The notes beneath the pieces are model-generated. The model made no database searches. It saw only the letters and a list, made by a program, of their open reading frames with translations, and was not told the origin of the DNA. The translations under genes were made by a program, and so were the position numbers. From a virus (taxonomy: Duplodnaviria > Caudoviricetes), in IMG/VR virus record IMGVR_UViG_2974647559_000001, positions 1 through 64,000 of that record: 64,000 bases of DNA. One strand, 5' to 3'. Shown in pieces: positions 54,569 through 64,000 of this stretch; within the stretch, counting starts at the first letter, position 1, and every line of letters starts with the position of its first letter.

Positions 54569-56041
54569 ATGGAAGAAGAAAATTTAAACCTTGAGAAAGG
54601 GGATAATCCTGTTCCAAGGATCCGTATGTCTGAGTATGGTACAACCGGACTTAAAGTATTTTCAGACCAAATCTTTGAAGAAGATAGACCTGAATTACGC
54701 GGCACTGGTTGGATTAAAGAAGTAAGGAAGATGCGTAATGACCCAGTAGTTAGTGCTGGTGTTGAATTATTGCAAATGTGGATGCAGCGCGGCATACCAG
54801 AGATAGTCCCTTACTCAGAATCAGAAGAAGATGTAAAACGTGCCAAGTTCATAGAACAGTGTATGTACGATATGGAACATACATTTGACGACTTGATGAA
54901 AGATATTACATCTAATGTTTGGTACGGTTACGCACCAATAGAAAAAGTATTTAAAAAACGTTTAGCAAATCAGTCTAAGTATAATGACGGTTTGATTGGC
55001 TGGAAGAAGTTACCCATTCGCTCTCAGGATACAGTGGTCGAGTGGAAAACAGACGATACTGGTAGAAACATTACCCATTTAATTCAGGATATCAATTCAG
55101 TTACATCTGGGGAGAGATTGAATAGATTATTATTCACTTATCCAGCAGGTGAAGTTGAAATCCCTATGGAAAAGGTACTGAATTTTAGGTACAACGGTAC
55201 AAGAGGTAATCCAGAAGGTCGTAGTCCCTGCAAGTCTATATGGGGTGCATACAAATACCGCTGTCAGATTGAATTAGATGAAGCTATTGGTGTTCAACGA
55301 AACTTGAACGGTGTCCCAGTATACTATGCTCCAGCACAGTACATGTCACCAGATGCTAAACCACATGAAAAAGCGGTTTATGAATCAATCAAAAATCAGA
55401 TACGCAACTACCAGAATAATGAACAAGCTGGTTTTGTAATTCCGAATATATATGATGAACACAGTAAGCAGAGATTATTCAGCTTAGAGCCATTAGAAGT
55501 TAAAGGGTCTAATCAATATAACACAAACGACATCATCAAGCGTTATGACTTGAAGATATTAACAATGTTGTTTGCTGATATCCTTATGATGGGTCAAACG
55601 TCCACTGGTAGTTTTGCTTTATCTGGGTCTAAGACAAATCTAGTTGAAATGAATATTCAGCGCAGGCTAAAAGAGATTGCAACTGTATTTGAGCAAGACC
55701 TATTTAAACAGACATTTGAGCTTAATGGGTGGGATTCAAAACGCTTACCTACCATTAAGTTTACATTCCCCGAAGATCACAACCCTGACGAGTTTGGTAA
55801 GTTAATACAACGTATTGGCAGTATTAATTTCATTCCACGTACACCAGACATGGTTGGTTGGGTTGCTAAAGCAATGGGTTATCCAGACTGGAAAAAGTTT
55901 GCTGAAATGGAACAAAAAGAATTAGACGAACTTTTCACTGATAATGAAAGTGGTTCTGGTGAGGGCCAAGGTTCAAGTGGTACAGGAACCACACAGTCTG
56001 GTGGATCTTCCAGTGCAACCAATTCAAATAATGCCTCGTAG
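54569..56041 (+). CDS. Portal protein
   Basis: 490 aa after terL; GYAPIEKV, NPEGRSP, GSFALS motifs. Confidence 0.88.
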   Translation: MEEENLNLEKGDNPVPRIRMSEYGTTGLKVFSDQIFEEDRPELRGTGWIKEVRKMRNDPVVSAGVELLQMWMQRGIPEIVPYSESEEDVKRAKFIEQCMYDMEHTFDDLMKDITSNVWYGYAPIEKVFKKRLANQSKYNDGLIGWKKLPIRSQDTVVEWKTDDTGRNITHLIQDINSVTSGERLNRLLFTYPAGEVEIPMEKVLNFRYNGTRGNPEGRSPCKSIWGAYKYRCQIELDEAIGVQRNLNGVPVYYAPAQYMSPDAKPHEKAVYESIKNQIRNYQNNEQAGFVIPNIYDEHSKQRLFSLEPLEVKGSNQYNTNDIIKRYDLKILTMLFADILMMGQTSTGSFALSGSKTNLVEMNIQRRLKEIATVFEQDLFKQTFELNGWDSKRLPTIKFTFPEDHNPDEFGKLIQRIGSINFIPRTPDMVGWVAKAMGYPDWKKFAEMEQKELDELFTDNESGSGEGQGSSGTGTTQSGGSSSATNSNNAS

Positions 56042-56049
56042 GAGCAATA

Positions 56050-57456
56050 ATGGCACACAAACTATCGAGGCTGTTAGCCGAGAAGATTTACAATAAACCC
56101 CTCTTGATTACTATGGGCAGTCTAAATGCTGTCCTAGATTATCTGGAACACCGTACAGATTCAATCACATCAAAAGAAGTAGAAGCATCCCTTGTTGAAA
56201 TGGGCGTAGAACGCTCTGAGAAGATGCTGACAGACACACTAGCTGTCATCCCTATCACTGGTTCACTCTCATATGAAAAAACCTTCTTAGGCGCTTTGTG
56301 TGGAATGACATCTTATGAAGGTTTAATCGAAGACGTCTCTGAAGCATTATCAATGGGATTAAAAACCATTGTGTTTCGTGCTGATAGTGGCGGGGGTGAA
56401 GCATATTCTATGATGTCTTGCGCTAAAGATATACGTGAAATGGCTGACCAAGCTGGTGCAAAGATAATCACATATATTGATGGGATGGCTGCTTCAGCTT
56501 GTTATGGCTTGATTGCAGTATCTGATGAAATCATAGCTCATTCTGACTCACAAGCTGGTTCAATCGGCGTTGTTATTCAATTGATGAATAACTCAGGTAA
56601 ATTAGAGAAAGAAGGCTACAAACGTAAGTTTATCACTTCTGCTGATTCCAAAGTGCCAGTTGATGATGATGGTGAATTCAAAGCTGAATGGCTTGCCGAT
56701 TTAAAAGAATCTGTTGATACATTACACGCTAAATTTGTTAACCATGTTGCAGCTTACCGCCCAATGAGTGCTGAACAGGTTGATAGTCTAAAAGCGAAAG
56801 TATTTGGTTCAGATAAAGCCTTGAGTCTTGGTTTGATTGATAAAGTCATGGATCACATGGAATTCCAAGAATACTTAGAACAAATATCAGAGGAAGTGAA
56901 GGAACCTAATATGTCACTGTTTGGTTTATTTAAAAAGAACACTAAGGCATCTGCCGATGTGTCTCAGATTATGTCTGAGCAACAACAAGAAGCTGCGCTT
57001 GCAGTAAACCCAGAGGAAAATGTAGATATGGCTGAACAAGCCCTAATGCAAGAGTTGCAAGCTAAGCTAGATGCTTTACAGACTCAGTATGACGCTGACG
57101 TAGTAGAGGCGTTAGCTGCTCTTGATGAAAAAGATGCAGAGTTGAATGCAGCATTAAAAGAGTTGGCTGATATGAAGCAAGCTCAAGCTGAACAACTTTT
57201 AGCGGATAAAAAAGCTAAGTTAACTGCTGTAGTTGGTACGGAACAAGCTGACAGTTTGTTTGCTCATCTGTCAACACTAGAAGATTCAGCGTTCAATGCT
57301 GTAGTTGATTCATACAAAACGGCTAATGCTAAATTCGATAAATCTGAATTAGCATCAGAAGTCGGTGTTGAAGCTGACGGTTCTGCTAACACAGTAGAAG
57401 CTGAATCAAAGTTAGTTCAACGTTTAAAAGCTCGTCAACAAAAACAATCTAAATAA
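56050..57456 (+). CDS. S49-family prohead protease with C-terminal scaffold
   Basis: DSGGGE, AASACY, GSIGV; acidic coiled-coil tail. Confidence 0.88.
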   Translation: MAHKLSRLLAEKIYNKPLLITMGSLNAVLDYLEHRTDSITSKEVEASLVEMGVERSEKMLTDTLAVIPITGSLSYEKTFLGALCGMTSYEGLIEDVSEALSMGLKTIVFRADSGGGEAYSMMSCAKDIREMADQAGAKIITYIDGMAASACYGLIAVSDEIIAHSDSQAGSIGVVIQLMNNSGKLEKEGYKRKFITSADSKVPVDDDGEFKAEWLADLKESVDTLHAKFVNHVAAYRPMSAEQVDSLKAKVFGSDKALSLGLIDKVMDHMEFQEYLEQISEEVKEPNMSLFGLFKKNTKASADVSQIMSEQQQEAALAVNPEENVDMAEQALMQELQAKLDALQTQYDADVVEALAALDEKDAELNAALKELADMKQAQAEQLLADKKAKLTAVVGTEQADSLFAHLSTLEDSAFNAVVDSYKTANAKFDKSELASEVGVEADGSANTVEAESKLVQRLKARQQKQSK

Positions 57457-57474
57457 TATAAAGGAAATAAATAA

Positions 57475-57819
57475 ATGGCTATTGGTGTAACAAAAGTCGC
57501 AAGCGATTTCACTAACGAATCTGATTTAATCAAGCATGAGTCTGGTAAGATTTGGGGTTATTGTCGCGGTAACGTAACTGTGGCTGCTGCCAAAGTACGT
57601 GGTGATTTAATCCAAGCAGACGGTGCATTAGCTGCAACTGAAGCTGCAATTGTTGGTGTAGTAATCAACGACACAGCCGCTGGTGAATCAGCGCAATATC
57701 TGAAACGTGGCGAGTGTGGTGTATTGAAAACCGCATTAGTTTATGCAGCACTTACTCCAGCTACCGTTGATGCTCGTTTAGAAGCATTAGGTATCCAAGT
57801 AATCCGCGAATACGTTTAA
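57475..57819 (+). CDS. Head decoration protein
   Basis: Position before the major capsid gene, 114 aa, Ala/Val-rich. Confidence 0.7.
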   Translation: MAIGVTKVASDFTNESDLIKHESGKIWGYCRGNVTVAAAKVRGDLIQADGALAATEAAIVGVVINDTAAGESAQYLKRGECGVLKTALVYAALTPATVDARLEALGIQVIREYV

Positions 57820-57850
57820 TCAACCAGACTAATAATAGGAAATATAGTAC

Positions 57851-58906
57851 ATGGCTAACGCAATTTCTCCAGTGAATTTTAACCAACTGGTTGACTTAAC
57901 TACCGCAATTAATTTAATCCCTAACAGCTACCGCCGTCTAGGTGACTTGGGCTTATTCACCACTGAAGGTGTATTCCAAGACACAGTAGTATTTGACCGC
58001 ACTTCACAAGAAATCCACTTGTTAGGTGACACTAAAGGTCAAGGCAACAAGCAGTTATCAAGTAAAGATTGGGAACGTGAAGTATTCTCAATGGTTGTTC
58101 CTGAGTTTCACTACTCTGACTACTTAACTCCTTCAGATGTTCGTGGTATTCGTCAAGCTGGTCCTGCTGACCAAGAAGAAGCTCTGACAGACATCCAAGA
58201 GCGTAAACTTACTAAGTTACGTGACCTGCACGAAGCTACCCACGAATACCTACGTTGGGGTGCAATCAAAGGTATCACCATTACCCCAGATGGTAAAGTA
58301 TACGCCAACATGTTCACCGCTTTCGGTGTTACTGAAAAGGTTGTAAACTTTGATTTCCGCGCATCAAACTTATCTGGCTTCTTAGCAGATTGCCGTGAAA
58401 TCTTACGTCACATGGAAGATAACCTGCTGACTGCTGGTATGTGGGCCGGTGCTGCACACGCTTTCGTGTCTCCAGAGTTCTTTGACGCTCTGACCACTCA
58501 CCCAACTACTTTTGAAGCATACAACATGTTTGTTGCTAACAACCAAGTAGCACAGGCTCAGCCAAACCGTGACGATTTAGGTCGCATGTACGCTGGTCGT
58601 CAGTTCTATCATGGTGGTGTATTGTTTGAAGAACATCGTGGTGGTTTCCCTTACAATGGCGTAATGCAGAAGTTCATTACCGCAACAGAAGGTCGTGCTA
58701 TCCCAGTGGGCGTGCCTGACCTGTTTGTAACTTATGCTGCACCAGCACTTAAGTTCTCTTACTTAGGTAGTCGTGGTGTACCTACATACGCATGGCAACG
58801 TGCTATGGAAAATGATGAGCAAGTTGAAATTGAGTCTTTCTCATCTGTACTTCCAGTATGTAAGCGCCCTGCTGCATTAGTTCGCGTTACAGGTACTTAC
58901 TCTTAA
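57851..58906 (+). CDS. Major capsid protein (lambda gpE/Felix O1-like)
   Basis: DLTTAINLIPN..LGDLGLF; HEYLRWGAIKG; strong codon bias. Confidence 0.92.
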   Translation: MANAISPVNFNQLVDLTTAINLIPNSYRRLGDLGLFTTEGVFQDTVVFDRTSQEIHLLGDTKGQGNKQLSSKDWEREVFSMVVPEFHYSDYLTPSDVRGIRQAGPADQEEALTDIQERKLTKLRDLHEATHEYLRWGAIKGITITPDGKVYANMFTAFGVTEKVVNFDFRASNLSGFLADCREILRHMEDNLLTAGMWAGAAHAFVSPEFFDALTTHPTTFEAYNMFVANNQVAQAQPNRDDLGRMYAGRQFYHGGVLFEEHRGGFPYNGVMQKFITATEGRAIPVGVPDLFVTYAAPALKFSYLGSRGVPTYAWQRAMENDEQVEIESFSSVLPVCKRPAALVRVTGTYS

Positions 58907-58925
58907 TTTGATTGAGTGATTTATA

Positions 58926-58956
58926 GGGGAGCATCCTTCGGGGTGACTCCCCTTTG
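58926..58956 (+). terminator. Terminator after the capsid gene
   Basis: GGGGAG..CC-TTCG-GG..CTCCCC-TTT. Confidence 0.85.
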
Positions 58957-58978
58957 TCAGTAGATAAGGAGGGAGTTT

Positions 58979-59374
58979 ATGGCTTATACAGATAACCCGT
59001 TAGATCCAACAGATAGAATAAGATTAACCATTGGCGATGTAGACCCAGAATTTCCTTTAATCTCAGACCAGTGGTACGGGTATTACTTATCACTAGAGTA
59101 TACCGAAAATGCTGTAGCTATTGAGATTGCCAAGAAGATACTAGCCCAATATGCCAACGATGCCTCAAGGCAGCGTGAGGGGATGGTTGAGATTTACGGA
59201 AAAGAACGTTTTGACGCATATTTAGCTTGGTTAAAAGACATTGTAAATAATGGTCTTACTTCTGCACCAATGCCTTATGCTGGTGGTCAATCAGTAGCTG
59301 ATATGTTAGAAAACGATCAAAACCTAGATAACGTAAGACCTTGGCGTAGGTATAACTATGAAGATTTCTTCTAA
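58979..59374 (+). CDS. Head-tail adaptor protein
   Basis: DRIRLTIGD, PYAGG motifs; synteny. Confidence 0.7.
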   Translation: MAYTDNPLDPTDRIRLTIGDVDPEFPLISDQWYGYYLSLEYTENAVAIEIAKKILAQYANDASRQREGMVEIYGKERFDAYLAWLKDIVNNGLTSAPMPYAGGQSVADMLENDQNLDNVRPWRRYNYEDFF

Positions 59375-59855
59375 AGTTAAATCAGACCAATCCGCCATAA
59401 ACAATCTAATGAAACGTCTGAAAGCTTTAGATGAAAGAGAGGTTGAATATGGTTATTATGATTCAGACCAACATCCCTCTGGAAAGTCAATGGCTGAAAT
59501 AGCCTCCATAAACAATTATGGTGACGATGAACAAAATATCCCTGCAAGACCATTCATGGAACAAACAGTTGATTATGTAACACAACGATATGAAGTTGAT
59601 AATAGCTGGAAAAGAGATTTATGGCAATACTTCTGTTATGGGGGTGGTGTCATACCCTTCTTAAACAAGCAAGCATCTGAGTACGGTGTTGACAGTATTC
59701 AAGTTGTAATGAATAGACAAGACTTTGAAGATAACGTAGCTTGGTGGGAAAAGGCCAAACAATCTAAATATGGTTTTACACAAATCCTATGGGAAACTGG
59801 TGCATTATATGATGGCGCTAAAACTAAAGTAGTTAAGAAAACGAGGGATACATGA
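59358..59855 (+). CDS. Neck/tail-completion protein (HK97 gp10-like)
   Basis: NNYG...IPARPFM, ETGAL. Confidence 0.7.
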   Translation: MKISSKVKSDQSAINNLMKRLKALDEREVEYGYYDSDQHPSGKSMAEIASINNYGDDEQNIPARPFMEQTVDYVTQRYEVDNSWKRDLWQYFCYGGGVIPFLNKQASEYGVDSIQVVMNRQDFEDNVAWWEKAKQSKYGFTQILWETGALYDGAKTKVVKKTRDT

Positions 59856-60220
59856 TAAAACGCAGAAACGGAGCTATCCCCCGCAAGACATTAGACGCTA
59901 GACACAAACAAGATGTGCTAGACGAATTTGAAAGACCATTAACTCCCGTTACAATACCATTTAAAATCTACAAATGCACAGTTCAACCTTATGTTGGTGA
60001 TACATTCCAATTAGCTCCTGATGGTTTTCAAGGTAAAGATGTGTTTACTTTATTTACTGAAACACTACTTACTAGAGGTAAGGAAGGTAGTTTGATTAAA
60101 CCCGATGAAGTGAATATTAATGGTGTTTGGTTCCGTGTTGTTAAGGTCAAGCCTTGGCAAGTGGGATTGATACCACATTATGAGTGTATTGTTGTAGAGC
60201 TAGATGAGGGGTTAGTATGA
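59852..60220 (+). CDS. Head closure protein
   Basis: Synteny; VQP and D.V.ING.WFRV pattern. Confidence 0.6.
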   Translation: MIKRRNGAIPRKTLDARHKQDVLDEFERPLTPVTIPFKIYKCTVQPYVGDTFQLAPDGFQGKDVFTLFTETLLTRGKEGSLIKPDEVNINGVWFRVVKVKPWQVGLIPHYECIVVELDEGLV

Positions 60221-60777
60221 GTTATATTGATACCCTTAAAGATTTTGAAACAAGACTTGGTAGGTTTTGTAAAGATGTTACTGACTTAAAAGTCACATTC
60301 AGAAATGCAAGTAATCAGAAGATAACCGAACAACACATTCAGTTACACGTTGACAGAGTTAATGAGAACGGTTGGGAACACCTCAACCCTGAATTAACCC
60401 CAAGTGGTAATTTTATCACATCAAAAGAATATGAAGTGTTTGTTGAATGTTCTTGTCATAGAGGGGATTACACCCAAGCGGTGTTAGGTGAGGTACGTCA
60501 CCAATTATCCACTAACTCTGGTTTGTATTATAAATACTTTGGTGATACTAAGTTCTCGTATCTGCGTTCAGCAACAATACAAAAAAGATTCTTTACAGTA
60601 GACGGTATTCAATATGAAGAACGCTCTGTAATGCAATTAGTTTTTAATATGATGGTTAAATCTTCTGACATAGAAGATATTGGCTCTATTGAAACTGTAG
60701 AGATAATTAATCTCAAAACTAAAGTGTCAGAAAATACGGTAGCCGTAGATGATACTCTTACTATTACTTCCCCATAA
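60217..60777 (+). CDS. Tail terminator/neck protein
   Basis: Synteny before the sheath gene. Confidence 0.6.
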   Translation: MSYIDTLKDFETRLGRFCKDVTDLKVTFRNASNQKITEQHIQLHVDRVNENGWEHLNPELTPSGNFITSKEYEVFVECSCHRGDYTQAVLGEVRHQLSTNSGLYYKYFGDTKFSYLRSATIQKRFFTVDGIQYEERSVMQLVFNMMVKSSDIEDIGSIETVEIINLKTKVSENTVAVDDTLTITSP

Positions 60778-60804
60778 AATCCCTACTCAGGAGAGTTATA
60801 AATA

Positions 60805-61881
60805 ATGTCAGTTGATATTACAGAAAGAGTAGATGTTGTCGTATCTCTTGGTACACAACCTATTTCTACAGCTTCTTTCGATTCAGCTATGTTTTTAGCT
60901 GATACAGAAAGCGCCGGTTGGCCCGTAGCCTTTACAGAAGATTATCGTGTATTCACTTCACTGAAATCTGTAGCTGATGCAGGTTTTGCTGAAACAACCT
61001 CAACATATAAATTTGCTGCATTAGTGTTTGGTGGCAACTTTGCTGTTAAATCACTTTATGTAGTTCGTTACACTACAGACGTAGGCGCTCCTGTAACACC
61101 TACAGCAGCATTTAACACTCAGCTTACTGTAGATGACACACCTTACTATGTAGCGTGTGATGTGCACACTGAAGCCGTAATTACACCATTGGTTGCTGCT
61201 GCTGAAGCTGCTTATCGTATGGTTGTAGTTAGTTCACAGGAAGCAGGTATTCTGGTTCCAGCCACTACTACAGATTTAGGTAGTGTACTACAGTCTGCTG
61301 CCTATGACCACGTATTCACATTATACCACCCATCTGCTGATACAACATTTGCTGAAGGCGGTGTAATTGGTGCAATGGCTGCTATCCCTGCTGGTGTATC
61401 TACACTAGAAGATAAGACCATGACTGGTGTTACATCTTATTCTATTGATGGCACAGCAACTACCTCAGTTAAAGATAAGAACGTAGGTTACTACTCCCCA
61501 ATTGCAGGTGTTAAGTCACTATTTAATTCTAGAGTAGCTTCTGGTCAATTCTTCGACACTATTGTATTCAGTGATTGGTTACGTGCACGTATTGGTGAAG
61601 CAGTATATGGATTGATGAAGCGTCGTTCAGACGCAGGTTTAAAAGTCAGCTACGACGAGAATGGCACGAGCTTAATCCGTTCAACTATCTTCGGTGTAAT
61701 CCAAGTGGGTTTAGCTAACGGCGCAATTAGTCCAGATATCTACCCTGTAGTACGTACACCATCTCGTGAAGAAGTGAGTGAAGCAGACCGCACTGGTCGT
61801 GTATTACCAGACGTAGTGGTTGAAGTGTTATATAGCAACGCAGTACATAACGTTCTTGTACGTGCATACGTAAGCGTATAA
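60805..61881 (+). CDS. Tail sheath protein (DUF3383-like)
   Basis: GQFFDTIVFSDWL, KVSYDENG, NAVHNV. Confidence 0.82.
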   Translation: MSVDITERVDVVVSLGTQPISTASFDSAMFLADTESAGWPVAFTEDYRVFTSLKSVADAGFAETTSTYKFAALVFGGNFAVKSLYVVRYTTDVGAPVTPTAAFNTQLTVDDTPYYVACDVHTEAVITPLVAAAEAAYRMVVVSSQEAGILVPATTTDLGSVLQSAAYDHVFTLYHPSADTTFAEGGVIGAMAAIPAGVSTLEDKTMTGVTSYSIDGTATTSVKDKNVGYYSPIAGVKSLFNSRVASGQFFDTIVFSDWLRARIGEAVYGLMKRRSDAGLKVSYDENGTSLIRSTIFGVIQVGLANGAISPDIYPVVRTPSREEVSEADRTGRVLPDVVVEVLYSNAVHNVLVRAYVSV

Positions 61882-61892
61882 GGAGATAATAA

Positions 61893-62354
61893 ATGACAAT
61901 TAAAGCATACGATCCTAAGAAAGTCTCGTTATCTATTGGGGGTGTGAACCCAACAGGTTATGCACCAGATACAAAGATTGTCTTTAGTCGAGCTAACCCT
62001 GTCTCAACTACAACCGTAGGAGTGGACGGAGATATATCGGTAAATGAAGATAATCGTAAGAACGGCACAATGACTATTAGTTTATTACACAACTCATCTT
62101 TCAATGATGTAATAACTTCTTGGTTGCTGACCAAACCAACAGGGTATCCATTCCTACCCTTCGAGTTCAATGACCCGTCAGGTAGTGCCACAACTTCTAG
62201 GTGTTGGGTGGAAACACAGCCTGACTATAGCGTGGGGCAAGAGACTGGTACTCTTGATTGGGTATTTGGTGTAGAAGATACCACACTGAAACCAAACCAA
62301 ACTGTAGCGCGATTAGATAAACTAAAACAGTTTACTGGTGCAGTGTTAGTATAA
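61893..62354 (+). CDS. Tail tube protein (DUF3277-like)
   Basis: YDPKKV..IGG, VGVDG, ISLLHNS; follows sheath. Confidence 0.82.
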   Translation: MTIKAYDPKKVSLSIGGVNPTGYAPDTKIVFSRANPVSTTTVGVDGDISVNEDNRKNGTMTISLLHNSSFNDVITSWLLTKPTGYPFLPFEFNDPSGSATTSRCWVETQPDYSVGQETGTLDWVFGVEDTTLKPNQTVARLDKLKQFTGAVLV

Positions 62355-62445
62355 GTTAATTAAACAATTTGTCATGCTGACTAACAAGGATGTTGGTCAC
62401 ATTTATCTAGTATGATAAGTAGGTATGACGTTAACAGGTGAAAGC

Positions 62446-62895
62446 ATGACAACACAATTATCAAAATCAACACAACAAAAATTTGTAATCGGTGAGGGTA
62501 AAACTTCACGTACATTCCTATCAGACGGCTGGAGTCCTCTACTGGCCGCAAAAAACCTACCTAAGATTGGTAAGACTTTTGCAACACCGATCTCATTTCT
62601 ATTTTCAGCAACCGAGGAAAACTTTGGTACGTTGATACCTCAAGCCTTGTATCTCTTATTCGAAGAAATGGAGCAAGGTGATATTGAGGCACTTTTTAAT
62701 CTTATCCTTAGTAAAGTATGGGCAGAGAATGGTACTAGGTTAGTAGACCTAGACAACGATTTTGCCAACTTAGACGAACTACTCTCGTTAGTGGCTTTAG
62801 TGTTGAAGCAACATTACGGATGTCTAACTTCGGGAAAGTCTTTCGCATCCCTTCTGGAGACTCTGGTGCCAGTCAGTCGAATGACTCAGGCGTAA
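62446..62895 (+). CDS. Tail assembly chaperone (short form)
   Basis: Synteny after the tube gene; carries the slippery site. Confidence 0.7.
   Translation: MTTQLSKSTQQKFVIGEGKTSRTFLSDGWSPLLAAKNLPKIGKTFATPISFLFSATEENFGTLIPQALYLLFEEMEQGDIEALFNLILSKVWAENGTRLVDLDNDFANLDELLSLVALVLKQHYGCLTSGKSFASLLETLVPVSRMTQA
62832..62838 (+). promoter_or_regulatory. Programmed -1 frameshift site G GGA AAG
   Basis: Same heptamer as lambda G/GT, in the correct phase; -1 frame (GKVFRIP...) open to 63119. Confidence 0.8.
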
Positions 62896-63119
62896 GACCG
62901 TCTAAGCAGGCTCTAAGTTATATAGAAAAAACTTCTTCACTTGATTTCATAGACTATATGTTCTTTAGAGCCGTTAAGGAGGGAGGTGAAACTGGTGCAA
63001 GTCTTGAGTCACTAGATTTGAATTACTTAGTTAAACTGAACGAATGGTTGGACATCCAGAGTTACATGGAATCTGACGTAGAGAAACAGATAGAAAGAAA
63101 ACATAAGCAGAAGGGGTGA
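62832..63119 (+). CDS. Frameshift extension of the tail assembly chaperone (GT-like)
   Basis: ORF-track 62820..63119 is the -1 frame. Confidence 0.7.
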   Translation, partial: GKVFRIPSGDSGASQSNDSGVRPSKQALSYIEKTSSLDFIDYMFFRAVKEGGETGASLESLDLNYLVKLNEWLDIQSYMESDVEKQIERKHKQKG

Positions 63120-63131
63120 AATAGCCCCTTG
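63112..63131. terminator. Hairpin at convergent junction
   Basis: AAGGGG-tgaaatag-CCCCTT. Confidence 0.65.
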
Positions 63132-63133
63132 CT

Positions 63134-63772
63134 TTAAAGGTATCTGGTTCTCAAAGCTTCAGCTACTCTTGGATCATCTTGTAAATCGGCAAGCTTTAAA
63201 GCGTGTTCATGTTTCTTAGCCTTCCAAGCTAAATGAGCCTCTAATTCTGTGGGAAACAGACTAATATATTCTGTTTTATTAGTAAAAGGATTACTACATT
63301 TAGATGCGTAAGGGTTCTCTTTACTAGCACCTGAGTGAAAACAAACACCTATTAATAAAGAACCTCTTGAACGTTTTGAATCTAACATGAAGGTGTTTAT
63401 TTTACAAGAGATGTATACACAAGTCTCAGGCGAGTATAATTTACCATTCCCCAGTAAATCTTTATCTAATTGACTATTTTTCCAATCTCTATTAGGCTGA
63501 GAATCAACCCATTTAATAAAATTCGATAAGTATTGCCACTCTTTGAATATTTCACAACCAACATAACTGGAACAGCTACCTGAAGGGTCATTACCAAAAC
63601 ACCTGCGGATCATACTCCGCCAATCAGCATAGTATGGGCAAGTCCACACCAGTTTACTTTTACCTTGAATTGTTACAGTTACTCCAGTGTTATAATTAAC
63701 GTCCACAACACCCCACCCATGTATGGTTGGTTTCAATGATTCCCAATCTTCTCGTCTAATATTTTTAGTCAC
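63134..63772 (-). CDS. HNH-like homing endonuclease, paralogue 4, inverted in the tail operon
   Basis: GTG start after AGGAG; KNIRREDWESL shared with paralogue 3. Confidence 0.75.
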   Translation of the reverse strand: MTKNIRREDWESLKPTIHGWGVVDVNYNTGVTVTIQGKSKLVWTCPYYADWRSMIRRCFGNDPSGSCSSYVGCEIFKEWQYLSNFIKWVDSQPNRDWKNSQLDKDLLGNGKLYSPETCVYISCKINTFMLDSKRSRGSLLIGVCFHSGASKENPYASKCSNPFTNKTEYISLFPTELEAHLAWKAKKHEHALKLADLQDDPRVAEALRTRYL

Positions 63773-63799
63773 ATTACTTCTCCTGTAGGTTAAAAAGTA

Positions 63800-63828
63800 A
63801 AGGTAGCACATAATGAAACAGTTTGCAA
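63800..63828 (-). promoter_or_regulatory. Sigma70-type promoter for the inverted HNH
   Basis: TTGCAA-17-TACCTT. Confidence 0.6.
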
Positions 63829-63860
63829 TAGTTTTAATAACATAAAGGAGGTGTGTCTAA

Positions 63861-64000
63861 ATGAAAGACATTGCCGGTAATGTCACGAATAAAATCTCAT
63901 TTGAAATTGATAGAAGGTCGTGGCAAAACCTAGACAAGTTCCAAAAACGAATAGCTGACGTAAAGAAGCAATTATCTGGTCTTAGTGGGAACATCAAGGT
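63861..64000 (+). CDS. Probable tape measure protein, 5' fragment
   Basis: GGAGG RBS; MKDIAGNVTNKISFEIDR... open to the window end; synteny. Confidence 0.65.
   Translation, partial: MKDIAGNVTNKISFEIDRRSWQNLDKFQKRIADVKKQLSGLSGNIK

Noticed and set aside
299-62191. Many antisense or alternate-frame ORFs in the track (e.g. 299, 1730, 9198, 12834, 17258, 28509, 29338, 50407, 54217, 61958)
   Set aside because: They mostly overlap well-supported genes, lack RBSs and have no recognisable motifs; 28509 is just another frame of the repeat.
1-64000. tRNA, tmRNA or rRNA genes; stop-codon reassignment
   Set aside because: No T-loop/acceptor cloverleaf was seen by eye (tRNAscan-SE or ARAGORN would settle it); conserved genes are full length under the standard code, apart from the intron and the G/GT frameshift.

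Overview
64-kb segment of a large, AT-rich lytic myovirus genome. Gene order and the head/tail proteins look Felix O1-like, and the host is probably a gammaproteobacterium (both inference). Layout: (i) 1-25889 leftward nucleotide-metabolism and replication arm: nrdB, intein-containing nrdA, thyX, glutaredoxin, MazG-like, exonuclease, SSB, divergent family B polymerase, primase-helicase, a macrodomain/PRPS-like/NAMPT-like operon, and an orphan right-hand polymerase-like gene; (ii) 26032-33130 rightward, promoter-dense early region of small genes; (iii) a 1.27-kb non-coding tract followed by a RepL-like gene; (iv) 34883-47001 leftward accessory arm: nucleotidyltransferase, Pth2-like, CCA enzyme, phosphoesterase, Dam, ClpP-like, PhoH; (v) 47247-64000 rightward: HTH/iteron module, terminase, head and tail genes up to the start of the probable tape measure gene. 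Best leads: two tail-tube paralogues placed among metabolic genes (one lacks the predicted oligomerisation hairpin; possible immune decoys, alongside a NARP1-like NAD+ reconstitution operon); a ~360-nt highly structured non-coding RNA just upstream of terL; a group I intron splitting the terL Walker A motif; six dispersed ~106-bp intergenic pseudo-palindromes of fixed geometry; and a minimal T7-RNAP/PolA-like protein. All family calls come from motifs read by eye; no database search was run. No tRNA, rRNA or CRISPR array was seen.
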